Assembly (NCBI GenBank): GCA_964016885.1
Contig: OZ024742.1
Location: 128,650,001 to 128,714,000 of the forward strand
DNA: 64,000 nucleotides
Reading direction: 5' to 3'
From: Eledone cirrhosa
Lineage: Eukaryota
Shown here: positions 48,162 through 60,464 of the stretch, piece by piece
Layout: every line of letters starts with the position of its first letter
Numbering within the stretch: the first letter of the stretch is position 1
Notes under the pieces: generated by a model
Seen by the model: the letters and a program-made list of their open reading frames with translations, nothing else
What the model was told of the DNA's origin: nothing
The model's database searches: none
Position numbers and translations under genes: made by a program

Positions 48162-51100
48162 GTCTGTCAGCTTATCTCCCCTGGTTTGCTGAAAATTGAA
48201 GTAAGTAACATTGCCACTACTTTAAAATAATAACGTAAGGTCTTCAAAATGCTTTTAATTAAGCATACAGTGTGTTGCAAAATACACTATATATACATTC
48301 ATATATATATATCTATTTCAGAGGCACCAATTCTAATTGTTATATATATATATATATATATATATGTGTATGTGTGTATGTATGTATGTCGATGACACAA
48401 CAGTCAGCACTGTAAGATGGTAGTGTAGGAGACAGTGAAAAGGCTCCCAGTCCACACTGTAAATGTGGTTGGTGGTAAAAGGGCATCCAGCTGTAAAAAA
48501 AATCCTGCCAGAGATGCTTCCGTGCGAGTGAGACATGGTCTCCTGACCATTCCCGCATCAAATGAAACAAAACTGTCTAACCCATGCTAACGTGGAAGAT
48601 GGACGTTAAACAATGATGATGATGATGATGATATATATATATATATGTATGTGTATTATATATATATATATATGAATGTATGTGTGTGTGCGTGTATATA
48701 TATATATATATATATATAAATGTGTGTGTATATATATATATAAATGTGTGTGTATATATATATATATATATAGTTATGTAATAAACAACATAAGATAATT
48801 ATTTCATTTACCAGTGGTTTCTTGACGACAGATATTTATATCTGTCTTCAGTCATCAGAAAGAATAGTAAGGAATGTTTATTAAATTTAGATTTGAAAAC
48901 GAAGTTTAGGAAATATGAAAGTGAGCCTGAAATCAAATAACGGGCAAAAATTGAGGGGGAAAAAATATATAAATAAATATCCAGAACATAAGCATACACA
49001 CACTCAAACACACGCTTATACGTAATAGTACGTAAACGTATACATTCTCACATAAGTGTATGTGCATCTACATGGAAATACGAACACACACATATAAATG
49101 TGTGATCTTTTGCTCACATATGTGCACACACAGGTACTCAATAATAACGTTAAATCTATATATACACACATGCAAATCTCTCCATACACATATACACAAT
49201 TATATATATATACATATATATATGTATACATACATATATATACACATACATCCACACCCATATATATACACACAAACATACATATATATGTACACACACA
49301 CTGCAAGCAGGGAAAAGCGGACGTAAAATGATGATGATGATGATGATGATGAAGATGACACATACATACACATACAAAAATCTTTATATACGTGCGTGTA
49401 TAGACACGCACGTATATAAACATACACACACATTATATATCTATATATATATAATTGTTTCTACTTTAGGCACAAGGCCAGCAATTACCCAGTGCATTAC
49501 TGGTACTTTATTTTATCGACCCCGTAAGGATGAAAGGCAAAGTCAACCTTGGCGGGATTTGAACTCAGATCGTAAAGGGACGTAACTATGCTGGAAAGCA
49601 TGGCGTCCGACTCTCTACCGATACTGCCAATCCACCGCCCTATCTATATATATATAATGCACATACATATATTTATATGTACAAACCGTTAAGAAGTAGT
49701 TCGGAGACAGAAATTTTTTTTTGAATTTATTTATTTATATCTATTAAATATCTTATATCTATGATTTGGGGGAAAATGTTTGTCTAGTTGTCTAGAAGTT
49801 CGAGGAATTTTCTTCCTACGTTAGTTTTAACAGTTAGAGAGAAGAGGGGTGTAAACCAAATAATTTTCTTTTCCTGTTATTGTGTTTAGTGTTAGAAAGA
49901 GGAGTAGGTAAATATTTAATTTGTTCGGTGAAGCCGCTGTTTTTGAGGGCCTTATTATAATAAGAGGCAGCTTTATTAAAAATATATATAGACGAAGATA
50001 AGGTAGAGATCCTACGATTAATGTTAGGAATAAGATATATATATAAATGTATGTATGTATGTCTGTCCACGGAGGCTATGGGTTTGATACTAGAAACGAG
50101 GAAGGCCCCAGAATCCTGGAATTCTGTGATGCAAATAACCTAACTATCTGTAACACTAACTTCAAAAAACGAGACAATCACTTGATCACCTACAGATCAG
50201 GGGAACATACCAGCCAGGTAGATTATATCCTTACCAGAAGACGTGACAGAGTGTCTGTTGTAAACACTAAATCCCTCCCCCATGAAGAATGCACCTCCCA
50301 ACATAGACTGATAATTAGCGACCTCATAGTCAGGACGAGACGTACTAGACAGCAGAAGAGGACTATCCTCAGGAGAAAAATATGGAAGCTAAAGGATCCC
50401 ACAGCCAGAAATAAATTTCAAAGCATATTACTTGATGCTTTCGACAGTAAGGAAGAGCAATTAGAGTCGTACAATGTAGAGGAACAGTGGGAATTCCTGA
50501 AAGCAAACCTGCTGATAGCGGCAGATGATGTCTGTGGCTGGAGCAGGCCTGTAGGCAGGAGGAGAGTAACATGGTGGTGGAACAGTAAAGTGGAGGGGTC
50601 AATCAAGGCCAAAAAGCAGGCTTGGAAAGCATGGCGGGATGGGGGAAGTGGAGAAGACTATCAAGTGGCCAGGAGGGAAGCTAGGAGACAAGTGTACTTC
50701 GCAAGAAGGGAAGCAGATGAAAGAAAGTTCAAGCATGTTCTACAACACGAGGACCAAAAATGTGAGGTGTTCAGGATTGCTAGGCAATGTGTCAAGGAAA
50801 ACCGTGATATTGTCGGGGAGAAGTGTGTACTTAACGATGATGGCATACTTGCCATCACTGACGCTGATAAGAAGGTAGCTTGGAAGTGTCACTACGAAAG
50901 GCTACTAAATGAGGAGAATAAATGGGAGAAAGACAGTCTCCCCCACATCGACCCAATAGAGGGACCAGCAGTGTTAGTCGAAGGTAGTATAATAAGTAAG
51001 GAAATCAAAGATATGAAGACGGGAAAGGCGGCTGGGCCTTAGGAAATAGTTGCTGAGATGCTGAAAGCCTCTGGAACGGTGGGACACACCATGGTCACCC

Positions 51101-53015
51101 GGATAGTAAGCCAAGTCATACAGAATGGGGTTGTTCCGAAGGACTGGCGTAGCAGCATCATCATTAACTGTTACAAGGGTAAAGGAGACGCCCTAGATAG
51201 GAGTAACTATAGAGGCATTAAATTAATCGACCAGGTCATGAAGGTGACGGAAAAAGTAATAGCGCAACTAATCAGAGAGAGAATTGATCTAGATGAAATG
51301 CAGTTTGGGTTTGTGTCAGGCAAAAGTACCACAGACGCTCTTTTCATTGTACGACAACTACAGGAGAAGTACCTAGCTAAAAGTAAACCCCTATACTTAG
51401 CTTTTGTCGACTTGGAGAAAGCCTTCGACAGAGTCCCCCGTTCCATTATCTGGTGGGCTCTTAGAAAACTAGGTGTTGACGAATGGCTTGTGAGAGCTAT
51501 ACAAGCCATGTATAAAGAAACAGTCAGCAAGGATAGAATTAACAACGAATATAGTGAAGAGTTTAGCGTAAAAGTTGGTGTCCATCAGGGCTCTGTTCTA
51601 AGCCCCCTACTATTTATTATTGCCCTTCAGGCTATAACAGAGGAGTTCAAGACCGGCTGCCTATGGGAACTCCTATACGCAGATGATCTAATGCTCATAA
51701 CTGAATCAATGGCTGAGCTAGAGAAGAAATTCCAAACATGGAAGCACGGCCTAGAATCAAAAGGCCTTAAAATTAACCTGGCTAAGACTAAAGTTCTAGT
51801 TTGTAGGAAAAAAAATAAGGCGCCGGTCCCTTCCGGGAAATGGCCATGCTCAGTGTGTAAGAAAGGCGTAGGTAGAAACTCCATTTTATGTCCCAAATGC
51901 AAAGTATGGGTGCATAAAAGATGTAGTGGGATCACAGGTAAGCTAACTAAGAACATAGATTTTACATGTGGCCGGTGCTCTGGTGCAATAAGTAGCAGCA
52001 AGTGCCCACAAAATACTAGCTCTTTCAATTGCGCAGAGGGTTCTATAGAAATAGTGGACAGCTTCCGTTACCTGGGTGACAAAATCAGCAGTGGGAGAGG
52101 GTGCTCTGAAAGTACAGTAGCTAGAGTCAGAACTGGATGGAAAAAGTTCAGAGAGCTTATACCACTATTAGCCGCTAAAGGGTTCTCCCTAAAAATGAAA
52201 GGCAGGTTGTATGATGCCTGCATACGAACAGCAATGTTGCATGGCAGTGAGACCTGAGCATTGTGTGCAGAGGATATACGCAGACTAGAGAGGAACGAAG
52301 CTTGCATGCTCCGCTGGATGTGTAATAGTAATATACGTGAACGGCAAAGCATAAACGAACTAAGGAAAAAATTAGAAATAAGAGGGATCAGATGTTGTTT
52401 ACTCGAGAGAAGGCTACGTTGGTATGGTCACGTGATGCGCATGAAAGACGACAGCTGTATAACAAAGTGCAGGGCAATAAAGATAGACGGTAGCCACGGA
52501 GTAGGCAGACCCAGAAAAACCTGGGACGAGCTGATAAATTCCGACCTCACACACTTACACCTCTCCAAGACAATGTCACTGGACCGAGACCTTTGGCGGT
52601 ACTCAGTAATAGAGAAGACCCGCCTTACCTAAATACAAAGTAAAACCTACTATAGTCAGTAGGCATCTCTAACAAAATACACCCCCGTCCCACCACCCCC
52701 GACCCCATCCACACCGCCCCTTTCAATGTAAAGTTACGTTGGTACCACAACATCCAGGCCGAAACAAATGAGATCGTTTAGGTGTCACGACAAAAAAAAA
52801 CACACAGTCCACGCTGTAATGTGGCCGTGTAGGCAACACGGTAAAAACCTTCCAGCCCCACACTGTAAATGTGGTTGGTGTTAGGAAGGGCATCCAGCTG
52901 TAGAAAACCCGCCAGACAGTCCTATGCGAGCAAGACAACCACTCTTGCCTCAAGTGGGAAAACTCCTGTCCAAACCCATGCAAGCGTGGAACATGGACGT
53001 TAAACGATGATGATG

Positions 53016-53074
<59 letters not shown>

Positions 53075-56000
53075 AGAGATATTAGTGAATTAGTAGAAGC
53101 GTCAGGGCATCAGATTAAAAATGCTGTGGAATTTATTCCAGATTGAGATCAAGAAATAAAGTACCAGTCCAATACTACGGATGGTTCTCCTTCTTGATAA
53201 TGTTCTCCCTCTCCCATCTTTCTCTCGCTTTCTCTCATTTTTCCTGAAAGAAATTGCCTGCAATCTGACTTGAAGAGGGACGGACTGTACCAGGTTTTAA
53301 ATACCCAAGACATACCAAGATGGTGTCCCAACAACTCTATTCAGAGTTAAATGCCCTTCGTCTTTATCTATATCTATACTATATTATTTTAAAAGTTAAA
53401 AGACAAAATATTTAACTAATATTTAATTCTTGTGTCAACTTCCTAGAATCAAGAAGTTCAATCTCACTCATGATAACTGAAAGTAAGTTTATGTAAGAAC
53501 ACTGTCACTACTATTACTTATCAGTTACTTTAATATATATCTTTAACCCTTTACCATTTACATTACTCTATATTTACTATTGTATTTTCACAGTAAACAC
53601 TTTATCTCACATAATACTGAATCTACAAGATTTTGATATTTATTTTAAGAACAATACCTTAACATCAGTATGAGCAGCTGGTTATGGTTGGTTCGAACAG
53701 GAAGAGATGAGAGAATACTGGTCGGATACGGCTGGGTTTAAATGCTAAAGGGTTAAGGTGGCAAATTGACAGTCTTTGCCTTTCAACATTTCGAGGTCAA
53801 TGAATAAAGTACCATTTCACTACTGGGTCGATTCTCTCCAAGAAATCAACTGTGTTCTGCCCTGGAGTGAGATTGGCTCCACAAAATTTAAAACACCCAA
53901 GGCATGCCCCCTCCCCCTACATCTCCAAGTGTTAAATGCCCTTTGTCTATATCTATACTATATTGTGTGAATATGAGTGTAATATGAACTACAATATGCA
54001 GTAAGAGATCTCTATATTTATTAAAGAACTGTGTAATAAGTTTATGACATTACACAAGATTTGGTCAGGTTATCATTGGTTTCTCATGTTGATCATGCCT
54101 TAATGATAAATTTGTTCCTCCTCTTTTAGTTGTAATTCTGGTCCTCACAAAAATCTTGGCATTTATTCACTACTGAGTCAGCAAGATCTAAGTTCATTCG
54201 CTATGGATACAATACAGTACCAATGACTGGATACAAAGTGTTGATTCTTTAAACCTTTATCAACCCAGATACTAGCAGCAGCAGCAATCTGCTAGGAATT
54301 ACACAGACCAGCCACTTTTCAAAAAAATTTTAATATTTGGATAATTTATGAAGCATTAGGGAAGTTTGAAATTTGAATATATGTTTGCCAAAATACAGAT
54401 ACAAATACAGATACAAATCTTCTTTGCCCACTTATTCTTGAGGACATGGGGGCAGAGACCTCAAGCATGCATTCCAGTGGGTCCTGTCAGAAGCAACTGT
54501 CTCCAATTGATCTGGCAAAATCCGTGAAACCAGCCGAGCTCATGGATGTTATCAAGCCATCTTGCTTGGGGTCTACATCAGAGTAGATGTTGGTTTTGCC
54601 CATAAAGACTAGTTGAATAAATGCAGTAAAATAAGTAATTAGCATCATTTTGCTAATGTTATTCCATGCTTGGTTATTCCAGTATGGGTTGGATAAGTCA
54701 TTATGGAACAAGTCAGAGCTACTGTCTTGAAGGATGTTCAATTCCTTGCACACATTTCTGTCCATCTTTTCTCATCTCCAGTCTTATTTTACTTCACATA
54801 TTCAACTATTATTTATTGTCAGCAACTATTACTTATAGTTATCTGCATTGTGGCTAACATATTTTCAAATATTTAGAATACACCATTCTTCCTGTGAAGA
54901 TGATACTATGAAAAAAAAAAAAAAAAGTGGAAGAGAGAAAGAAGAAATGAAAGGAAGAGTTGAAGAGAGAAAAAATAAAAGAACGAAAAAAAAGGAAAAG
55001 AAAGAAAGAGCAATATTTACAATTGCAAAGGACAGCATAACTTCCCAAAATTTTAATTAACCTGGAACTGAACCAAGAAATGGTTTTACAGTCATGAGCG
55101 TCTGCAATAAACCCTAAACACTTCTACTTTTCTTTTTTCTCAATGCTGTTTTCTGTTTAAATCAAAATATTCTTAAATAGTATCTCTTCTTAACATCAAT
55201 TCTAACAAATGTCACGATGAAATAATATTTAAGGTCACATTGAAACTAAACTCAATGTGTTTTGGTAAAATTCCACAAATGTAATGTAATGGTAATAATA
55301 TAAAAATCATTTTTATCTATTTCTCCATTTATCCAATCATCGATCATCATCATCATCATCATGGCCATCATCATCATGGTCATCATCATCGTGGTCATCA
55401 TCATCGCGATCATCATCACCATCATGATCATCATCATCATCATGGCCATCATAATCGCGATCATCATCATCATCATCATCATCATGGTCATCATCATCGC
55501 GATCATCATCACCATCATGATCATCATGGTCATCATCATCGTGATCAATAATGAAGGTGTTTGACTTAATAGTTAGGTTGTTCAGTTCCCAATCATAGAG
55601 TTATGAGTTTGATACTTGGTGGCACATTGTCTCCTTGGGCAAGGCACTTTTCACCAGTTCACTCAGCTGTAATTCTTAAAGGCTAACCTTGTTAGATACT
55701 GTGCCCCACTGAACCTTCCTTAGAACTACATTAAGGGTGCACAAGTCTGTGGATGCTCAACCATTTCACTAACAACTGGAACACAAAGTCATTGGAACCA
55801 ACAGAGGTCCAACACATTAATCATCATCCAGTACACACTGTGAAGTGGTTGGCATTAGGAAAGGCATCCAGTCGTAGAAACTATGTCAGAATGGAATGTA
55901 TGAGTAAGAGACAGTCCTGAAAGCTGACAAGCCTTAGAATGTTTAACCCTTTAACATTTACAGTACTCTATATTTACTATTGTATTTTCATGGTAAAGGC

Positions 56001-58158
56001 TTTATCTTACATAATTATCTCACATAATATCTTAACATCAATATAAGCAGCCGGTTTGAACAGAAAGAGGTGAGAGAATTCTGGCCAGAAATGGCTGGTT
56101 TAAATGCTAAAGGGTTAATCTATGCAAGCATGGAAAATAGATGCAAAACAGTGATGGTGATGATTATTATCATCATCATCATCGTCATTATATTGATAGG
56201 TGAAAAAGTGTCAGGAAACCCCAGTAGAAGGAAGCCACAGTAGAGGCAGACCAAGGAAGACCTGGGCAGAGGTGGTGAGAGCTGATCTCAAATCACTGAC
56301 ACTCACAGAGGAAATCATGAAGGAATGCAACAAATGGAGAGATGCTGTGCTGAAAAGGGTCCATCCATCCCATGTCAGCATGGAAAAACGTACATAACAA
56401 TGGTGGTGGTGGCGGCGGTGGTAGTCGTCGTCGCCTTCATCATTTTTACGTCCACTTTTCCCTGCTTGCATGGGTGGAACGGGAACTGATCTTGGCTTGA
56501 TTTCTACAGCTGGATGCCCTTCCTAACACCAACCTCATTTACAGTGAGTGGTGGGTCCTTTTTTTTTTCCGCGGTGTCTACACGTCCACTTTACAGTGTG
56601 GGCTGGGTTCTTTTTCGCCTTGGCACCTCCACGACCACTTTGCAGTGGAATGATAGGGATCCCAGTCCCTATCATCTCATTTCTACAGCTGAGTAAACTG
56701 GAGCAATGTGAAATAAAGTGTCTTGCTCAAGGAAACAACACATCACCCGGTCTGAGAATTGAACTCACAACCTTTCGATTGCAAGGCCAATGCTCTAACC
56801 ACTAAGCCATGATGATAAGCATTATTATAATCATCATTGACAGTATTTTGGCAGTATCGGTAGAGGGTCTGGCGCCATGCTTTGAAGCATAGAGTTACCT
56901 TCCTTTATGATCTGAGTTCAAATCTCGCCGAGGTTAACTTTGCCTTTCATCCTTACGAGGTCGATAAAATAAAGTACCAGTAATGCACTGGGATAATTGC
57001 TGACCTGGTGCCAAAAGTAGAAACAATTATTATAATCATCATTGGCAGTATCAGTAGAGGGTCGGACGCCATGCTTTCTAGCATAGTTACGTCCCTTTAC
57101 GGTCTGAGTTCAAATCCCGTTGAGGTTAACTTTGCCTTTCATGCATACAGGGTTGATAAAATAAAGTATCAGTAATGTACTGGGTAATTGCTGGCCTTGT
57201 GCCAAAAATAGAAACAATTATTATAATCATCACCATCATCTTTATTATCAGTGTTATTCAAAAGCACATCACTGTGTGGTACCTTTTAATGTTTCTAATT
57301 AGAGACTTGACCAAATAGTCAAGAACCTTCCAAGGATCAGAAGAAAAGATGAAGAAACAACTATTTTTTTTAAAAGATTCTACAATTTAATGGATTATTT
57401 TAGGTGGGCTGGTATTTTATTTACCTTAATTTATATTATTTTTCTCTCATCATTATCATCGTTATTTTTATATTTATTTCCCATGCTTGCATGGGTTGGA
57501 CAGGTCTTTTCCAGCACAGCCTCCCACCACCATCATCTCTGTGAGGTTCAGCATTTTGTCCTCACCATTTCTCCCCACTTTTCCTTAGTCTTCCTCAACA
57601 ACAGCTTTCTTCCACTGGGAACTCCTAGAACTTCTTCATCCAATCATCATCATCCTCATTCTTTGTTTTATCTAAATAACTATTTTGTTGTCAATGAGAA
57701 GTTTGAAAGTCTTCCTGAACCCTTTTGATACCAAATGGCTTAAATCTGTCCCTAGTACTAGAAAACGAAGCCACCCATTTTAAAGGGTCCTTATTTAAAT
57801 TAAAATATTCCACCATAACTTGATATTAGAATCTTTTGGTATTTTTGGCATATTTCAAATATCATCTTAATAAAGAAATAATTATTAATTCTAATAAATC
57901 CCTCAAAAATTTTCATTGATTAATTGAAATAGCATATAATTAGAACCATGTTAATGAAAGGGCTAATTATATGAAAATTTCACATGTTTTAAAGAAAAAG
58001 AAGGGGAAAAAAAGATTGAGAGAGAGATGGAGAGAGAAATTTCCAATGGAAAAATGAAAATTGGGAAACCCGATACTTACAAGCCAGATCATCAGAAGTA
58101 TAAGTAGTAGCCATTTCTTTAAAAGCATTTCCAATTTTCTGATATTCCCTTTTGAAAG
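40440..58158 (-). CDS. lst-4: Sorting nexin, SNX9/SNX18/SNX33 (lst-4/SH3PX1) family; partial, last 5 coding exons encoding the BAR domain
   Basis: Five GT-AG exons splice in frame: [90 protein letters not shown]...[52 protein letters not shown]. The motifs REYQKIG, AEQPxKD, AEMNHFH and YLxQQxxFY are typical of the SNX9-family BAR domain. Confidence 0.93.
40793..41133 (-). mobile_element. Probable non-autonomous Helitron in the last SNX intron
   Basis: The minus strand starts TCTATAC. A GC hairpin (GGCGGC..GCGT/ACGC..GCCGCC) lies ~15 nt from a CTAC end (CTAG-like). CpG-rich. Confidence 0.55.
41230..41765 (+). mobile_element. Old RTE/BovB-type RT fragment (a different family)
   Basis: Encodes [23 protein letters not shown] and NFKKAFD. 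Confidence 0.75.
41996..42202 (-). CDS. lst-4: SNX9-family exon (207 nt): [10 protein letters not shown]...[10 protein letters not shown]...QQIIFYQN
   Basis: Acceptor atattttcag and donor gtaagt; contains the AEMNHFH BAR motif. Confidence 0.95.
42826..42915 (-). CDS. lst-4: SNX9-family exon (90 nt): [30 protein letters not shown]
   Basis: Acceptor ttttctgaacag and donor gtaagt; phase 0-0. Confidence 0.92.
43125..43310 (-). mobile_element. Full-length SINE family A inserted into an older copy
   Basis: 19-bp TSD aagggatgataaaattaat (43106-43124 / 43312-43330). Confidence 0.9.
46090..47530 (+). mobile_element. Decayed RTE LINE RT fragment
   Basis: Encodes [36 protein letters not shown] and NADDL. 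Confidence 0.85.
46615..46965. mobile_element. hAT (Charlie-like) MITE inserted in the RTE fragment
   Basis: TIRs cagtgatttccaac / gttggaaaccactg and TSD tgctagaa / cgctagag; the RTE reading frame resumes after it. Confidence 0.85.
47607..47683 (-). CDS. lst-4: SNX9-family exon (77 nt): (Y)[25 protein letters not shown]
   Basis: Acceptor ttctctattgtcag and donor gtaaga; phases match both neighbouring exons. Not in the ORF track. Confidence 0.9.
47975..48058 (+). ncRNA. Type I hammerhead ribozyme motif with extended stem II
   Basis: ACCUU-CUGACGA-GAAUCU(...)AGAUUC-GAA-ACCG(AUU)CGGU-A-AAGGU; all three stems pair, with a GUA cleavage triplet. Confidence 0.85.
48803..48864 (-). ncRNA. Hammerhead ribozyme motif (sense to the SNX pre-mRNA)
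   Basis: UUCUUU-CUGAUGA-cUGAaGACAGAUA(UAAA)UAUCUGUCgUCAa-GAA-ACCAcUGGU-A-AAUGAA. Confidence 0.65.
49453..49640 (-). mobile_element. SINE family A, full length
   Basis: Nearly identical to 43125-43310; flanked by tatctatatatatataat on both sides. Confidence 0.9.
49740..50035 (-). mobile_element. Penelope-like fragment
   Basis: Encodes [30 protein letters not shown] and [22 protein letters not shown]. Confidence 0.8.
50065..53017 (+). mobile_element. RTE-clade LINE, 5'-truncated within the APE domain but near-intact (two nonsense codons)
   Basis: ORFs 50047-51042, 51058-52257 and 52261-52632 are one frame broken by TAG at 51040 and TGA at 52255. Encodes [27 protein letters not shown] and YADD; (GAT)n tail. 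Confidence 0.97.
53547..53752. mobile_element. piggyBac-type MITE (same family as 37512)
   Basis: TTAA|CCCTTT...AAAGGG|TTAA with the same internal sequence. Confidence 0.85.
55947..56114. mobile_element. piggyBac-type MITE (same family as 37512)
   Basis: TTAA|CCCTTT...AAAGGG|TTAA. Confidence 0.82.
56437..56811 (-). mobile_element. SINE family B with an RTE tail
   Basis: Collinear with 10981-11377. Confidence 0.85.
56845..57225 (+). mobile_element. Two tandem family A SINEs
   Basis: Two cores, separated and flanked by attattataatcatca. Confidence 0.85.
58081..58158 (-). CDS. lst-4: SNX9-family exon (78 nt, phase 1-1): [25 protein letters not shown]
   Basis: Acceptor ttttaatttcag and donor gtaagt on the minus strand; in frame with the next exon. 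Confidence 0.9.
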
Positions 58159-58192
58159 CTGAAATTAAAAGATATACATATATACATATAAT

Positions 58193-59320
58193 GTGTGCTG
58201 TGTGCAGGAGAGAAGACTGCAGTGCTATGGACTTGTCATACTCATAAAGGATGATAGCTGTATAAAAAGGTGCAGGGTACTCGAGGTTGTAGGGTGCCTC
58301 AGAAGAGGAAGACCTAAGAAGACGTGGGATGAAACAATAAAGGCTGATCTGGCACAGCTGAACATCTCGATAGAGATGACACAGGATCAAGATCTCTGAT
58401 GCTATGACATATGACAGAAGACCCAAGTCGACAATTCAGGGTTTGTGTTTAGGAAGGGCATCCGACAGTTGTGAAATCCCAGCCAAAAATACAGTTTCGC
58501 TATGAGCAACACAGGTCCCAGCATGGCCAACTGGCCAGACCGGGCCACCCAGCTTCCATAATATGGGTCCACTGGCCAGACTTGCATCATAAGTGTGACC
58601 ACCCAGTCCCACTCTGTAAATGTGGTTGGTGTTAGGAAAGCATCCAGTAGCCATCAAAACCAAAACACAAGTCCCACTCTGAGCAGAGTATGGAGCGACC
58701 AACTGACCAGACCTACCTCATAATGGGACTTCTGAGTTCCACTCTGTAAACGTGGTTGGTAATAGGAAGGACATCAAACAGCCATAAAAACCCAGCCGAA
58801 ACGTGGCCCAGTATGAACAAGTTATGATGCGGCCAACAGGTCTGACGTGTCTCATAATGTGGTTGCTGTCGGAAAGGACAACTAGCAGCCATAAGAACCC
58901 AGCCAAGGCTCGGTCCCATATGAGCAAGGTACGGTGCAGCCAAATTGCCTCATAAAGGTGACCACCTAGTCCCACACAGTAAATGAGGTTGGGGTTAGGA
59001 AAGGCATCCAGCAGCTGTAAAATTCCTTAGCCAAAATACAGACCCTGCTATGAGCAGACATAGCTCATTACAGGCCCACCCAGCTCCCAAATATGGATCT
59101 GCTTATGAGTAGGGTACGGCATGGCCAACTAGTAGGACTCCTCTCATAACAGGACCAACCAGTTCCACATTGTTAATGTGGTTGATGTTAGGAGGGTCAT
59201 CCAGCTGTAAAAAAGCAGCCAAAATAGAGTCCCTTAGTGAAATGACCAGACTCATAGGGTGGATGACTCATCTGACCCACACAAGCAAGGAAAATAAGAT
59301 GTTAAACGGTGATAATGTTG
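58193..59320 (+). mobile_element. RTE 3' fragment with a tandemly amplified 3'UTR
   Basis: CCVQERRLQCYG..GRPKKTW, followed by about five or six copies of a (ccacactgtaaatgtggttg)gtgttaggaagggcatcc-type unit. Confidence 0.75.
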
Positions 59321-59437
59321 ATATATATAAGCATGGAAAATAGACTTTAAACAGTGGTGATGATAACAACATATACATACATCTCTCTTTCTCTCTCTCT
59401 CATACACACACACATAGAGAGAGAGAGAGAGAGAGAG

Positions 59438-60176
59438 AGGTTCAGGGAGCCACTGCCACTGCTAGCTGCAAAAGGCTTTTCCCTCAAAATGGAAGGCAGA
59501 CTGTATGATGCGTGTATACGAACAGCAATGTTACATGGTAGTGAGACCTGGGCGCTGTCTGTAGAAGACTTGCGCAGATTAGAAAGAAACGAAGCCTGCA
59601 TGCTCCGATGGATGTGTAATAGTAATATACACAAACGGCAAAGCATAAATGAACTGAGAGAGAGACTGAGAATAAGAGGAATCAAATGCTGTGTGCAGGA
59701 GAGGAGGTTACGTTGGTATTGTCATGTGATGCGTATGAAGGATGACAGCTGCATAAAAAGGTGCAGAGCACTAGAAGTCAATGGAAGTCGCGGAGTGGAG
59801 AGACCCAAGAAGACCTGGGATGAGGTGATAAAAGCCGACCTTACCCAATTACACCTCTCAAAGGCGATGACACACGACCGTGACCTCTGCAGTAATACAG
59901 AAGATCCAACTTCCCACAAAGCTGAAGCATATAGACAATATGCCACCACCCCCTCCCACTGCAAAGTGGTTGTGGAGGTGCCACGGAAAAAAAGCACCCA
60001 GCACTCACTGTAAATGAGGTTGGTGTTAGGAAGGGCATCAGGCTGTAGAAATCAAGCCAGAATCAGTTCCCGTATGAGCAAGACAAGGTCAGCCAACCGG
60101 ACACTGCCCACAACAGGATAACCCGTCTAACCCATGCTAGCATGGAAGAACAGACGTAAAACAGTGATGATGATGA
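59438..60176 (+). mobile_element. RTE LINE 3' fragment (second subfamily)
   Basis: Encodes [19 protein letters not shown]...ERRLRWYCHVMRM; has a distinct 3'UTR and a (GAT)n tail. Confidence 0.92.
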
Positions 60177-60464
60177 TAATATATAATCTGCATCATTTTA
60201 CAAATGTTTTTTCATGCTAGTATGGGTTAGATGAGTGATTACAGAACAAGTCAGTACTTCACCAGAGCTACTGTCTGTCTTCCTAAGCCACATTGACATA
60301 TACATTCCAGTTTTGAATAGTTTCTTTTATATGCAAGTTACCAATATCAAACTCTACAGCTTTCATGGTGACTGCAATGTGTTTCTGCCTTTGTAAAAAT
60401 ATTGTTTGAATGATGAAGTATGCATGGAGATGGTTAAAATATTGTTCCAACCAAACTTTGTGAG

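Noticed and set aside
55335-55550. Poly-Met/Ile/His ORFs (also 42545-42755)
   Set aside because: They are degenerate (CAT/GAT)n trinucleotide repeats within introns.
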